From the NCBI RefSeq assembly GCF_009914755.1, contig NC_060931.1: DNA of 64,000 nucleotides; one strand, given 5' to 3'. Positions within the stretch are counted from its first letter, which is position 1; each line of letters starts with the position of its first letter. Positions 1-13,082 of this stretch are shown here, in pieces. Position numbers and translations under genes: made by a program. The notes under the pieces were generated by a model. That model ran no database searches. It was given only the letters and a program-made list of their open reading frames with translations, and was not told the DNA's origin. This DNA is from the human T2T-CHM13v2.0 reference genome, Homo sapiens.

Positions 1-102
1 TTTTCTACCTTTACTTTTTAAAAGGTGTCTATAAGAAAAACTAAAATTATCAACATGCCTTACATTTGTGGCTCACAGTATATTTCTACTGGACAGTGCC
101 CA
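1..102 (+). mobile_element. MER3/MER33-like hAT-Charlie end
   Basis: TGTGGCTCACAGTATATTTCTACTGGACAGTGC terminal motif. Confidence 0.5.
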
Positions 103-1109
103 TCTAGAGGTTCTCTCTAGAATCTGGGAAGATGAGTCCTCTATACATGTCTCAGAATACTTGGTGTTCTGAAAAGAGGTCTGTATACATCTCTTGATTT
201 GTTTGGAATGAAAGATTCCTGTGGGGAATCATAAAACAGCTGACAAGAGTGATATATTTCAAGACAGTTTAGTGGAAACCAGGTTGCATTAATGGATATG
301 GAAAACAGAGTGAAAAAAAAGTCTTTACAAGGAGTACAAATGCCAAAAGGACATCTGGATGGGGCAGTGTGGGGTTGCGCTTGGAAACACAGAAGCCCAA
401 CAAAGTTTCCTCTTCCCCCTTTCCCCTCAGCATGCTGCAAGCTGGTTGAAAAAAAAAAGCTGGGTGGAAAAGCAAGAAGTATTTTGTCACTATTGCTGAG
501 GGACCCTCTTCTAATGGACGCTGCAGGAGGAATGTGAGAAAGCCCCAAACCAAGTTTAGAGGGAAATTTCTAGCTGTTGCCTTAAAGAGTGTCAATGCCC
601 AAGGGCATCTGAGGCTGAAAATGATTTTAAGGTAATTGAGTATTCTCAGGGGGCACTAAAGTGTTGGGGGCCCAGGAACAGCAAAGGGGAGAGTGTACTT
701 TGAAGAGATTTTCCTGTGGGGCTGCCCTCCAACCCTCCTTTGGAGAACTCACAAATTGGCAAGAAAAGCTAAGGCCCACAGTCCCATCAATTTAGCAGTT
801 GTGATTATTCATCCAGAGGTCCAAAGGCACACACCACCAAAGGGACCTCACCCAGGACCCACAAACCCACATACAACTAGGTGATTCATCCCAGAGTCAC
901 ATTCATCCACAGGCACAGAGGTAAGATGGAGAAGCCATAGGAGTTAGACACCTGCAAGGACTCTTTTTAGCTAAAATTCAGGAAAAAGCTAAAATTTAAG
1001 AAAAAACTGTTTATTCTGGCTTATAGAGAGCTTTATCTTTCAGAAGAGAGAGGAAAGCAGCTTCTGATGAAAGTTCCCTGGAATCATATCACAAGGCTCT
1101 GATCTGCCT

Positions 1110-1900
1110 CTTCACCATGTGTTTTAATAATTCAGATGAGGATATTGATGTCAGATTGACCAGACTTTGAATAAAACAAAATGTGGAGGAATGGTTAATT
1201 GGTGTGTGACAGAATCAATATCCAAAACACACTAAACAATGGGCTAAAACCTGACTGATGAAATATATCACACAAAAAGGTAATGTCATGTCCTTAGTTT
1301 AAAAGAAGTTTAAGTGTAGGATGAGAAATGCATGAATAAACATGACTTGTGAGTTTTCATTGACCTCATGCTCACTAGAAGTCCACTGTGTAAAGAGATG
1401 TCCAGGAGTTAATGAGACTTCAGCCTTCGTTAATGAAGTCCAAATGGAAAGAGGTGATTGTCTCACTCTAATTCATGCTGGTCAAACCACACTTAATGTG
1501 TTAAGTTCAATTCAGGTACCACATTCCCAAAGACTCCTGCCAAACTAGAGACTTTTCCAAAGAAAACTACCAGAATGATAAAAGACCTTACATCATTTCA
1601 CATGGGGAAGAAAACCCAAGAAACTGGGAAGGATTTACCAGAAAAAACAGAACTGAAAGTTTGAAAGGCCATGGCATAGAAAATTAATTAGACTTGTTTT
1701 GATGATCCTGAGAAGTGGAGCCAAAACCAGCAGCTAGAGGTTTCAGGGAGACCAATCACTGTTAAAAGCAAAGAGGCAGTTGGTGACCATTGGAGCTATG
1801 CAAAATACCTGGAACAGAAAACACGGAGCTCTCCCTGGAGTTGGCATTTTCAGCAGGGTCTTTTAACTCCTTGCCAGGGGTGGTTGAGAAAGATTCATGC
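1110..1900 (+). mobile_element. L3/CR1 LINE fossil
   Basis: CTCTA..CATGCTGGTCAAACCACAC...GTTCAATTCAGGTACCACA...AAACTAGAG, typical of the CR1 3' region. Confidence 0.6.
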
Positions 1901-2262
1901 ACAGAGAATAAGACTTCTGTGAATATAAAATCTGCAAGTCACTTATTCCTGACCATAATTTCTGCCTGACACCTCCAATACATACTTCCCACCCACTTCA
2001 CCAGCCCCTGTTCACTTTAGATTGCATTATTTTGTCTTCCCAGTCCATTATAGGGTCCAAGGACCTTGGGGTCAGGAGGGACCTGGGGGGCCCTCGGATG
2101 CAATTTTTTTGCCTGGGCAAGAATCCTGTATATGACAGCCCTGAGAGATGGATATATATTGCACCCTTGCTGGGCTCATGTCTGACCCATCTTCCATTGT
2201 CTCTATCCTAGGACAGATCCACTGTCTTAGCCTTTCACCCACATCCTTACCTTGCTGCTTCA

Positions 2263-2525
2263 TAGCAGTCTAGTGTAGTGGCTAAGACTTTAGACTATGG
2301 CACCAGATTTCATGGCTTCTAATCCTGACTCTACCATTTACAAGCTGTGTGATTATGGGCAAGTTTGTTATCCTCTCTGTGCCTACTTTGGCATATGGAA
2401 AATGGAGATTATGCATATACTGCCTACTGTGTTTACACTATATTGCTGTTAGAAAGATGAAATGGGTTAATATGCATAAAACACTGAGAATACTGCTTAG
2501 CAAGCATTAGCAATTATTAACTTAT
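2263..2525 (+). mobile_element. MIR SINE
   Basis: Core CTAATCCTGACTCTACCATTTACAAGCTGTGTGA..GGGCAAGT. Confidence 0.8.
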
Positions 2526-5500
2526 GCTCGTACATTCTTTCCTCCCTCTCCCAAGTCACGAACTTTTTCCATAGCCCTGCCTGATTTTGACTCCCCTCAC
2601 CTTCCCCCTAACGATATGCCCACTCACAATCTTAACCAAAGTGTTGCTGTGACTAGGTGAGTATGGAAGAGAGACTCACAATATGGTTAAGACAGTTCTG
2701 TGTTATTCTTTCATCCAGGCAATTTCCCCCATTGCATGTTATAAATAATATAAGTTCAAAGTTTCCAAAGGCCCATTTCTTGAACTAAACTATAGCATGA
2801 TGCTGGTAAAATAGTATTCTGGGAGAAAATTAGTGATGAAATACGTATGCCATTCTGTCTCTGTCTCTGTCAACTTTTCACTCGTGATGCTGGTGATGAT
2901 ACTTCTTCATTGGCTTAGTGGACTAGCACTCTCCTATAACAATCACATAAGTGTGTTCTACAAGTTTTCAAATTAATTAGCTCTGTGGAATAATTACTTA
3001 GCTATAATGTTTAACTTTACAAACCCTTTCCTGTCTCCACCTTCATCCTGCCAGCTCAGAAAGACTTAAAATATGGGATAGGAAGAGCCTACCCAATCTT
3101 CCTGCTATCACTATTATTCCAAGTCTACTAGGGAGAAAAAGAAAGTTTCTTTAAGAGAAAATACAAATTACATTAACTAAGCTATTGACATCAGAAGTGA
3201 AAACTCCTGGTGTCGCCAATATCTCCCTCTTTTGAATATTCTTCGTGTCTGTCCTAGTAACAATGGTTCAGCCCCTCATGCATTTCCCTGGGTTCACCTC
3301 TTTTTCTTTTAGGAAACCACAACATCATTTTTTCAAGCCTTCAGCAGGGTTCTTGGTTCCTTGGATTAACTTGAAATCCACCACTTATTTTCCAAAGCCT
3401 TAATAAAAGAGAATAGAGAAAAAATAAATAAAAAGGTTCTTACTTGGCTGTGATGCCATAGCCCTATACTATGCCCACGCCCATCACTCCATTCTAGGCA
3501 ATTGGGGGTGGAGGAAGGGAGGAATTGCTGGACAGTCACTTTTAGGATTGATGTTGGTGTCTTCCCCTAACCAACTCTCTGATCCCACACTACCACCACC
3601 GTAAGCAACAGTTTTTTCCAGTTCATAACACACTCACCACCAGCAACATGCCACAGCTAAACATGTTGATTATCACTTGTTAATTACAACACAGCCTAAT
3701 TCTACTTCTAACCAGCCCCTGACTTGGCCACCAAGCTACCTCCCTCTACTTGCTAAGTAGAGAGAGTGACTCAACAGGAGAGGCCAAAACAATCCTTTAT
3801 TTCAACTCACCATGGTTAATTAAGACAATTTTAGAGGTGGTAGAGCTGGTCTTTCTGATTACCTACAAATCCAAAACCTATAAGGAATTAGAATAAACCG
3901 AGTCTTTTGATGATTCCTGATTCCATAAAACATAGATAAGTCTTTTTTGAAGCTGACCGGATCTGAATGCAGTCGGAAACCACCTTTTCTGAGACCTGTA
4001 ATAGATTACCTTCAAACAATTAACTGAAGTTTCCAAAGTCCAACATGCTATACTTAATTCAAATGAACAGTTTCAGGAATTTAAAAGACTTTTTTAAAAG
4101 ACTTTAAAAGGCAGGCACTTAATTTAATAATAGGGAAACCTAGTAGACCATAAACCTCCCACAAGTGAGTAATGTGTGATATGGTAAAAAATCATATATA
4201 TGCATATGTAAAATCATATACCTGTATATATAATATATATAAGCATATGTACAAATAGTATATACAAATTAAATGTATTTATTTTTCTGTAGGAATGCCC
4301 AATTGGTTCATTTTATGTTATTGGAGAATAAGCACAAAATCAAAGATGGAGTTAAGCTTAAAATCCCAAATATTAGGTTCTTACCACCTTCCAGCAAATG
4401 CTTTATGTAAGCTTGAATATAGCCACTTCGCTTTTTCCTTTTGATAATTCCTACTAGACAAGAAACATGATGAAAGGGGAATTGTTCAAATGGGCAATAA
4501 AATGAAATATTTTAAATGTATATTTTCTTTAAAACTGAGGAAGAAAGTGAAGCTAAAATAACAAAAATATATTTTGAAAACTGAGACTGAGTTCTTTTAA
4601 AGTATCAAAAACAAATACCAGGGCATCTTAATTATAAGTTTTTATGACAATACAAGGATAAATAGCTGATTTGGCTGAAAATTTCCTTAAATGACTTGTT
4701 TGATCAAATAAACAGCCTGGTTTGCTGTAAAATAGATATATCTATTTCTGAATAGATATATCTATTTCTGAACATTTCTGCTTTTAGCTGGAACTACTTT
4801 TTAATACCTTCAGAGTTGTCTATGTGTTATTTCTGGCACCGTGGTACACAGCACAGGCTGGTAATATAATGCCTGGTTTCTAGCCCCTATTCTTCAGGCA
4901 GTGTAAAACCTGACCTCTAAAACAACTACTTGCTTTCCCAAATATATTGACAGACTTACCACTCCTGAATTTAATGGCAGTTTTATTTCTGTAGTCCAAT
5001 TAGTTAAGTCACTGTGCCTGATGTAAGTTCTCCCTCTGCTAGATCTAATCAGTAACACATTGTACCAGTAGGTCTATTCCATATTATTTTAAAATGTACC
5101 ATCCCAACTTATCCACAGGTAATAGATGCTGTTCTGTAAAGGACTGTCAAATATAAGTCCACTTTGCAATTACAGGACAGCATGAAACTTCTCTCTGTCT
5201 GCCCTTCTGTATTCAACAGCCACAGTCCTTGGGTTTCAGCCAGCTAACAAAAGACAATATATTGCCATCCTTCTTATTAGATTATGCCATTGACAGTATG
5301 ATAATCCACATATGTGGGCAAGGCTGAAAAGAAAGTGAGTAAGCGGGATTCTCTTTCACTCAGCAAGCCTGTGAAGAATGTCATTTGGATTCTGGCAAAA
5401 GACACTGTCCTAAGAGCATCCCTGGTTGTATTTTTGCATCTGCACTGTTCAGTTGGTATCCTCAAAACATCTGCTTTACTTGTTTATGATTTGCTCCCAC

Positions 5501-5889
5501 CCCCACCGCATGTTGTCAGCTTTTTGGAGGCAGGAAATCCAGTGTGTATTCCTCTGAGCTCCCTGGGGGACTGGTAATCTTCTCTGAACAGTAGGTAATC
5601 AATAAGGACTTGTTAGGCTAATTTGTTTGCCACTCCTGTTTGCCAACAGTTTGCAGCTTCACCACATTGCTTGATATAGTGCTTCAGTGAATCCCTTATG
5701 AGTCCTTCTTACAGTGTCACAAAATGGGAAAAGCATGGGACAGAGGACCTCAATACCTGGGTTTTGGTCCCAATTTGCTACTAATTTAGGTATTAGGGGA
5801 GATGCTTAGAAGAATCCTCTTCATGGGACCTTCAGACTCCTTGACACCTTCACACAGATAATTTTTAATATTACACTTTTATTGAGTCA

Positions 5890-6141
5890 TCTCCAGACTA
5901 TTTTCCTTAAAATTACAACCACGTGCAGCTCCAGAAAGCCCTTTCCTCCATCCTTGCTTTATTTTTCTCCAGAGCACTTACCACCCTTTCGCATATATGC
6001 TTATTTGTTGACTGCCTCCCCTCACCAGAATGTAAGCTCCATGACAGCTGGAACTTTTTTGTGAACAAAAGTATCTCCTGACACTTGGGGAAATGCACAG
6101 GTGATTGTAGACTCTCAACAAATATTTGTTAATGAGTGAAT
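5890..6141 (+). mobile_element. L2 3' end
   Basis: AGAATGTAAGCTCCATGA...CTCAACAAATATTTGTTAATGAGTGAAT. Confidence 0.7.
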
Positions 6142-6938
6142 GTCTTCTTACAGTCATATAACTGTCATTCTATGCATGAGAAGGAAATGGAATGAATGGA
6201 TTGGGACAGGACTAAGATTTATTGCTGTAAGATTTGTGGGCTCCTTTCCCAGGAAATAAGCTACACATTGCAACAAAGGAAGAGAATATATATTTGCAAA
6301 TTTCCTATTACTTTCTTTGTTTTATACATTTTTGTACATATTTTTTAAATTATGCAATAATCTAGTCTTTGGGTTTCTTCTTGAGGAAAGTTAGAAACTT
6401 TGCCTGTATTGTCCTGTCTAATAAAAGTTATCCAAATAAAATAACTGCTGGTAGACTACCAGGTTACATAAAGCATTTGCTTGAATTAGGCAGCCCAAGG
6501 AAAGTTAACAAAAAGAGGTCATAAATCACCTCCTTTGGGAGGTAAGCACTTTAAGACAGCAGAGACTCAGTTGGAGGGTTCAAGAATCTCTGTGATAGTC
6601 TATCCCCAGTCCTGAGAGGATCATATCACTTCATGGCCCAGCATCCTTCAACAAGTAAAGGATCCCACCTCAGGCAAAGGGCTGAAGCAGCAATAAAACA
6701 TCTCAATATTGCGTGGTATTCTATTTGATAGGGAATAAATGGACTGCGAAACTCTTTAGTGTGTTTTAGGAATTTCCCATTTTATTATAATTTTAAAGTG
6801 TAATGTAGCCTAGAGAGAAATATGGTGAGAAAGAGCCTTGCAAACTCTGGCAAATAAACATGATAATAGTTCTTCCAATCTTTCATCAAAAGATCCTTAG
6901 GTCAGTGTGATATTATACACATGTATAGGTTTTTATAA

Positions 6939-7695
6939 TGTTGGGGCACTTGAGGCATCAGAAGCAGGTCTTAGAAACGAAATCTCTCTCTGTGACTTTT
7001 TCCTGCCCTCCTTTTACCTAAGGCAGGACTCTAATCTGACTATGGGTCATAAGACCCTCATTCCAGAGGGTGTCTTGCTCCATATCCTGGAGGAAGGAAT
7101 GCTGCACAGAAATGCCAAGAAGAATCTGTACAGACAGATCTTGCTGGGTTTAGGTCATACCTTTTTGTCCAGTCATATTTCTATATGACTGTCAGTCACT
7201 CCTACCCAATGATGTCTCCATAAAAGGCCCAAGGCAACAGAGTTTGGAGAGCTTCTGAATAGCTGGACAAGTGGAAGTTCCTGAAGGGTGGCGTGGCCAG
7301 GGCAGGCATGGAAGCTCTGTGCTTCTTTCCCTATACCTCACTCTAAGCATATATTAATCTATCCTTTTTCATAACCTTTGTGATAAACTGGTAAATGCAA
7401 ATAAGTGTCTCCCTGAGTTCTGTCACCTGCTCCAGTAAATTAATCAAAACCAAAGTGGGTGGCATAGGAACCCCAGTTTGAAGCCTGTTGGTCAGAAGTT
7501 CCAGAGGCCTGGATTTACAACATTTTTCTGAAGATGGGGGCAGTCTTGGGGACCTAGCTCTCAACCTGTGGGATCTGACACTATCTCCAGGTAGACGATG
7601 TTGCAATTGAATTAGAGGACACTCTGCTGGCATACACTGCAAAACTGCTTGCTTGCTTGCTGGGGAGAAATCTCTACCTGTTTTGAGGTCACAGA
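6939..7695 (+). mobile_element. MER21A-like solo LTR
   Basis: TGTTGGGGC start; GGCATGGAAGCTCTG and CCCTGAGTTCTGT...AAATTAATCAAA motifs. Confidence 0.7.
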
Positions 7696-7702
7696 AATTC
7701 TC

Positions 7703-7709
7703 TTTTCTC

Positions 7710-7768
<59 letters not shown>

Positions 7769-7840
7769 CTTTCCTCTTTCTTTTTTCAGCATCTTGCTCT
7801 GTCACCAGGCTGGAGTGTAGTGGTACGATCATAGCTCAGC
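7703..7840 (-). repeat. (TTTC)14 tract attached to a short Alu fragment
   Basis: TTTC at 7712-7767, followed by TCTTGCTCTGTCACCAGGCTGGAGTG. Confidence 0.85.
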
Positions 7841-7859
7841 AGTGTTGCAAACTTGCCTC

Positions 7860-8345
7860 TCCTTCAGCTGACACCTATAGCAGGTGGTGCCATACACCAA
7901 AGGACAGAGGCGAAAAAAGTCCAAGCTTAGTTCACAGGTGTACTGGCTCAGTATGTGTGTGCCAGCCAAAAATTGGCTGCTATTGCACTATAGCCTCACC
8001 CGGGGGAAGGGTGTAGGGAGAAGGGATCGGAAAGAAAATTATGACAGGAAAATCACCTCCGAAAGCAGCCTCGGATAGGGACAGCCCTACAAAAAGGAAT
8101 CTTCAAAAGCTCTTTCCCCTTGCCTAAATTTGGGACATCTCTGAGGAACTATTCCTGCTTCACAGTGCACTGTGACATTGGTTGAGGCCTCTGTTGCAAC
8201 TACGTCACAGTTCAGCCTCTCCCTCTGCCCAATCCTGCTTTCCTCACATCCTTATAGACCGTATGCTCAAGAGCACATCCCAATAACCTACCTGCCTAGA
8301 AATCTCAATTTCAGTCTGTTTCCCAGGAAACCCAACCTGCAACAA
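7860..8345 (+). mobile_element. Old ERVL-family LTR remnants (LTR33/LTR16/MLT1-like)
   Basis: CCCTCTGCCCAATCCTGCTT and TCTGTTTCCCAGGAAACCCAACCT terminal motifs. Confidence 0.5.
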
Positions 8346-8391
8346 TTAATAAAAATAATCAATGTAATGAGTCAGGATTAAAAGTTCTACA

Positions 8392-8945
8392 GTTTAATTC
8401 GCACCTGTGAGTGAGAACATGCAGTGCTTGGTTTTTTGTCCTTGCGATAGTTTGCTGAGAATGATGGTCTCCAGCTTCATCCATGTCCCTACAAAGGACA
8501 TGAACTCATCACTTTTTGTGGCTGCATAGTATTCCATGGTGTATATGTGCCACATTTTCTTAATCCAGTCTATCATTTTTGGACATTTGGGTTGGTTCCA
8601 AGTCTTTGCTATTGTGAATAGTGCTGCAATAAACATACGTGTGCATATGTCTTTATAACAGCATGATTTATAATCATTTGGGTATATACCCAGTAATGGG
8701 ATTGCTGGGTCAAATGGTATTTCTAGTTTTAGATCCCTGAGGAGTTGCCACATGGACACAGGAAGGGGAACATCACACACCGGCGACTGTTGTGGGGTGG
8801 GGGAAGGGGGGAGGGATAGCATTAGGAGATATACCTAATGTTAAATGCAGAGTTAATGGGTGCAGCACACCAACATGGCACATGTATACATATGTAACAA
8901 ACCTGCATGTTGTGCACATGTACCATAAAACTTAAAGTATAAAAA
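8392..8945 (+). mobile_element. 5'-inverted (twin-primed) truncated L1PA4-6-like insertion
   Basis: Antisense ORF2 end at 8392-8752, then sense 3'UTR and A-tail at 8749-8945; TSD AAAAGTTCTACA at 8380-8391 / 8946-8957. Confidence 0.92.
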
Positions 8946-11539
8946 AAAAGTTCTACAATTTAGAAAGTTTGTGGGGAGGCAGGGAGGAATGTTAATCCGG
9001 CTTGTAAATTCAAGTTATCCATTCCAATGTTTGCTCTTATCATTATCCTCTTTCTGGAGGTGGAAACAGGCACTTTGAGCTCTAGTATAGATAGGGATGT
9101 TTTAAGTGGGACCTGCCACTCCAATGCTTGAAAGCAGAGGGCACTTTCGCCTGGAACATGTGAGAACAAATTACTTTCTCAATATTTTTCTGCAGCAAGG
9201 ATTCAGTAGCTTCCAAAAGGCTAATGCTTGCTGGTGGAATTGAGAGTTCTCTAGAGATCCACTTATTACATAAACCTGCATTTAAAGGCAAGGAGGGTAA
9301 TCAACATCCAATATTGAGGGGAAAGGACATACACAGTATAGGAACAGCCATACCTGGAGGATGTTTCTCAAAGAGCAAATATTTCTTTTCCTGTTTTATT
9401 TGACAAATTATTTCTTATTGGTTCTCAAGTGCATAGAACTGCATTAATCATAATTCCAAATTCATAACAGGCTTCCATCACTTGTACATAAAAGACTCTC
9501 TTTTGTTTGTTGCTTGTTGGTTTTAATAATATAATGAACAATTGTAAAATTACCACCCAACAGAAAACAAAAATGATGACAGCAACTTACATCCATATAA
9601 TATCTTTGTCCATCCTATTCTATCTTCCACCTTAAATCTTGTGTTTGTTGTTGCCTCACTGTTCTTTTGATATAGTTTTATTACACTTAGATGTATTTAT
9701 TAATAATATATACTTTTGTTTTTATTTTTAAGTTACTATAAAGAGTATCTTTCTCTACTTTTAGTGTGTTATATTTCAAAATAAAGAATAATTATTTAAA
9801 GTATCATGTAAGATATAAGCTATAGAGACTTTTTCACATAAAACTATATTCCTAAAATTCACCCATATTGTCATATGCAGCTGTATTCATTCATTCATTC
9901 TGCTAAGTGCCTTTTTTTCTTGCTACTTAAAAGATAATATGTTAACCCTAAGCAATACAAACATTTCATCAATTTATGGAAATTCATCAATAGACATCAC
10001 TATTTTTTCCTTATCTATTTCTTAATTTTTTTACAAAATGTTTTCTTTATTCCTCCTCTCTTTTTCCAAAATTTCCATATTTACATTATTTCATGTCTTT
10101 CACACGCCTAGGTTTTTCTTTTTCCAACAGAGTTCAAGGAACCCTGGAATCTCTTGTTTATTCTCAGAAGGAGCAGTGCTTCTTTTTCTAGAAAACCAGA
10201 ACAGAGAAATTCAAAATGCCTTTAATATAATGCCGCATTTGAATACCCCCTGTGCCTACACATAAACCTTGTTCTTGTGGGTCCCTTAAGCCCACCTGAG
10301 GCCTTACACCAGTTGAGTTGTTTGTAAAGATTCATTTGGTTGGGCATAAAGAAATCTCCTGCGGTATTGAAAACACATCCCTCAGAGAATAAAGGACCAA
10401 GCTGCTGGGCATAATGAAAAGCAAGTATTAAACCTAAGCCACACATGCACTTCACACACCTGGAACAACAGCCTGATGGTTTGGAGAGACAATGGCAGAA
10501 AACAAATCTCATGTGTATTCCAGATGGTTCTGAAGGATCACAGACAAAAAGCCTTCGTCCCCACCCCTTTCTCAGAGCAACTCCCATTAAAATTTCCTGT
10601 GACTCTCAGCTAAATACTAAATGTTCAGTGGTCAAATAAATCCCTGAAGTGTGACAGATTACTCTTATCCTCCCAACTTGCGTGTGAATGTGAAGTCATT
10701 TTGCAGGAAGAAATTATAAACACCCAAACTTAAGATTTCACTGACTTCATCTTATTGGATGTAATGACCAACAGAACACGCAGATCTCCACACTGAGATG
10801 AATACAGATAAGAGTTTTAAAACAAACCAGCTAAACTCCACAATGGTGGAGACCAGGGGGCAGACAAAAATCCCCAGCTATGAGGAATAGCAGCTGCAGA
10901 TGGTACAGCCACATTTCTGCAGATACAGGAAAAACAGCATCACAATTCACAACAGCTTTTAAAAGAGCAAATATTTTCTATTCATTCTAAAGAAAATTAT
11001 GTTTGTGAGACCAGAAAATTGTGTGGATGCAAATTCTCCAACCTAGTAATTATCTCTGATCCATTTCAATAAGCAAAGGTTTGGGGGAATTATTCATGTA
11101 TGAATCATTTTCACTGCTTTTGATTTGCAGAATAGATTGGAACTGTATGAATAAAAGACCTTCAACTCCTATTAACATTTTTGCATGCAATAGAGGCTCT
11201 CCAGAAATTAAAAGACAAACATTGGTAAATCAATAAAAGAAAACATTATTTTATTTCACCTTGGGCTCAGCCACCCACTGCCTATCTTCTTTTTATCCTT
11301 GGAAATTTTTCTTTTGAGCTGACCCAGCTAAAATGTAGACAGTTGGTGAGGAGGTGGGGGTGGGCATTGCAGCTGAAGGGAGCTCTTTGAGCAAAGGTAA
11401 GGTAAACTTCACGGAGAGGGAAGAAATGAAGTGAGTCCTTTGGCTGGTTTGAAGGGTTCCTGTGGGGAAGTCGTCATAGAGAGGAAGCAGGTTGTAAAGT
11501 CATTTGAATGTTAGGAAAATTGGAAGAATCCGCTAGGAT

Positions 11540-11631
11540 GAGAGAGTGAGAAAGAGAGCGAGAGAAAGAAAGAGAGAGAGAGAGAGAAAGAGAGAGACAG
11601 AGAGGAGAGAGAGAGAGTATGTGTGTGTGTT
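11540..11631 (+). repeat. (GA)n then (TG)n microsatellite
   Basis: Directly visible. Confidence 0.9.
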
Positions 11632-11694
11632 TGAAATGGATGAGTGTTGTCCAAGGACTTGGGATAACCAAGGATAGCCAATAAGAGGCACTAG

Positions 11695-11945
11695 TTAGAG
11701 CACCATGATGAAAACATAAGGACCAGTGTCAGACAGAGTACAGCTTAAATATTGGCTTTGCTACTTACTAACTGTGCGACCTTCAGCAAGTTAATTATCT
11801 GTTTTAACGCAAAGTTAATTCTCTAAAATAGGGATGATATTAACAATTCCCAATTCATGGGGTGGTTGAGGGGATTAAATAAATAAATTATCTACATAAA
11901 GTACAGGACCATTTTTAGATAAAGTATAAATACTAGCCACTATTA
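11695..11945 (+). mobile_element. MIR SINE
   Basis: CTTTGCTACTTACTAACTGTGCGACCTTCAGCAAGTTA core. Confidence 0.7.
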
Positions 11946-13082
11946 TTATCTTCATTATTATAATAATTTCAGAAAATGCATTCTCTATATGAGATAAATA
12001 GAAATATCCATCCATTATTGTACATGGCTATGATATAAGAATCTGATTATCATCAATAAACTTTGACACCTGCTGTTCTCATCTTGAACAACTTTAAAAA
12101 TCACACCTTTGTTGAAATAAGCCACTGCAAATTTCTTATTTATAATGTCCTTAGGGCAATGTGAATGTTATCTCTTGAAATTGCAAAGAACAAACACAGG
12201 TGAACTTCCACTTAAGTTCCTCTGTGAGTTTTTCTGTGAAAAAAAAAAAAATGTGGCTCAAATCCTGGGAAAAAAAAAGGTAACTCACATGTTAAAAGCA
12301 AGTCCATACAGACAACATACAGTAATGGCTGTATCAGCTGGGAATCGCCTCCCTCGCGGGGAGCAGGGTAACTACAGATTGTAGCAGATGGGGATTATGT
12401 TTTCTTTGTTTGGCTTTATGGGTCTGAGACACCAGAACACGATGGAGTTACTCAATTGCAAAATTAGGCAATTCCATACCCACCTAGTACCTCCAGTTTT
12501 CTTTTTATTGAAGGAATGAGGAAATTCAAAGGAAAAGTCATGCTCATTTTCTAAATAAGCAATTTAAAAACCAAGTAAAACAGATTCATGTTTCCAATTT
12601 AAGTGGGTGACTGTGTGAGGCAAAGTAAGGCTAACTGACAAAAGGATGAGGTATCCGAGATCAAATCCTGGTTCTACAGAGAAGTAGATTGTGTGCTGCT
12701 TCATTAATAAAAGAAGAGAAAGGTTTGAATTCGATTATTAGAGTTTGCTTCCAGGCCTCAATTTTTGATTTTATATTAGCCAGATTTTATGTATCAGTGC
12801 CTCCTAGGTCCTAGTGTTAGAGAAATGTAAAAAAGAAAAGAAAGAAATAAATATATATATAGTAGTTCCTCCTAACTCCTCCAAACAAGATGTTATCTTC
12901 CCCTCCATTAAAAACTTGTAAGATTTTTTTCCCTCTTTTAGAACACTTGCTATGCTCTGGCTTGGATTATAGTTAAGTGTGTGTGTCTATCTGTTTATTT
13001 CCCTCTAATTGACTATAAGATTGTTTAAGGTAGGAGATGGTTTTATTCATTGTTGTATCCTCCAAATTTTTTAACAGTGCAT

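Noticed and set aside
141-884. Overlapping 63-135-aa ORFs at the window start
   Set aside because: No domain similarity, splice structure or CpG promoter; likely chance ORFs
8394-8822. 142-aa ORF with L1 ORF2 C-terminal similarity
   Set aside because: Chimeric artefact reading across the twin-priming inversion junction
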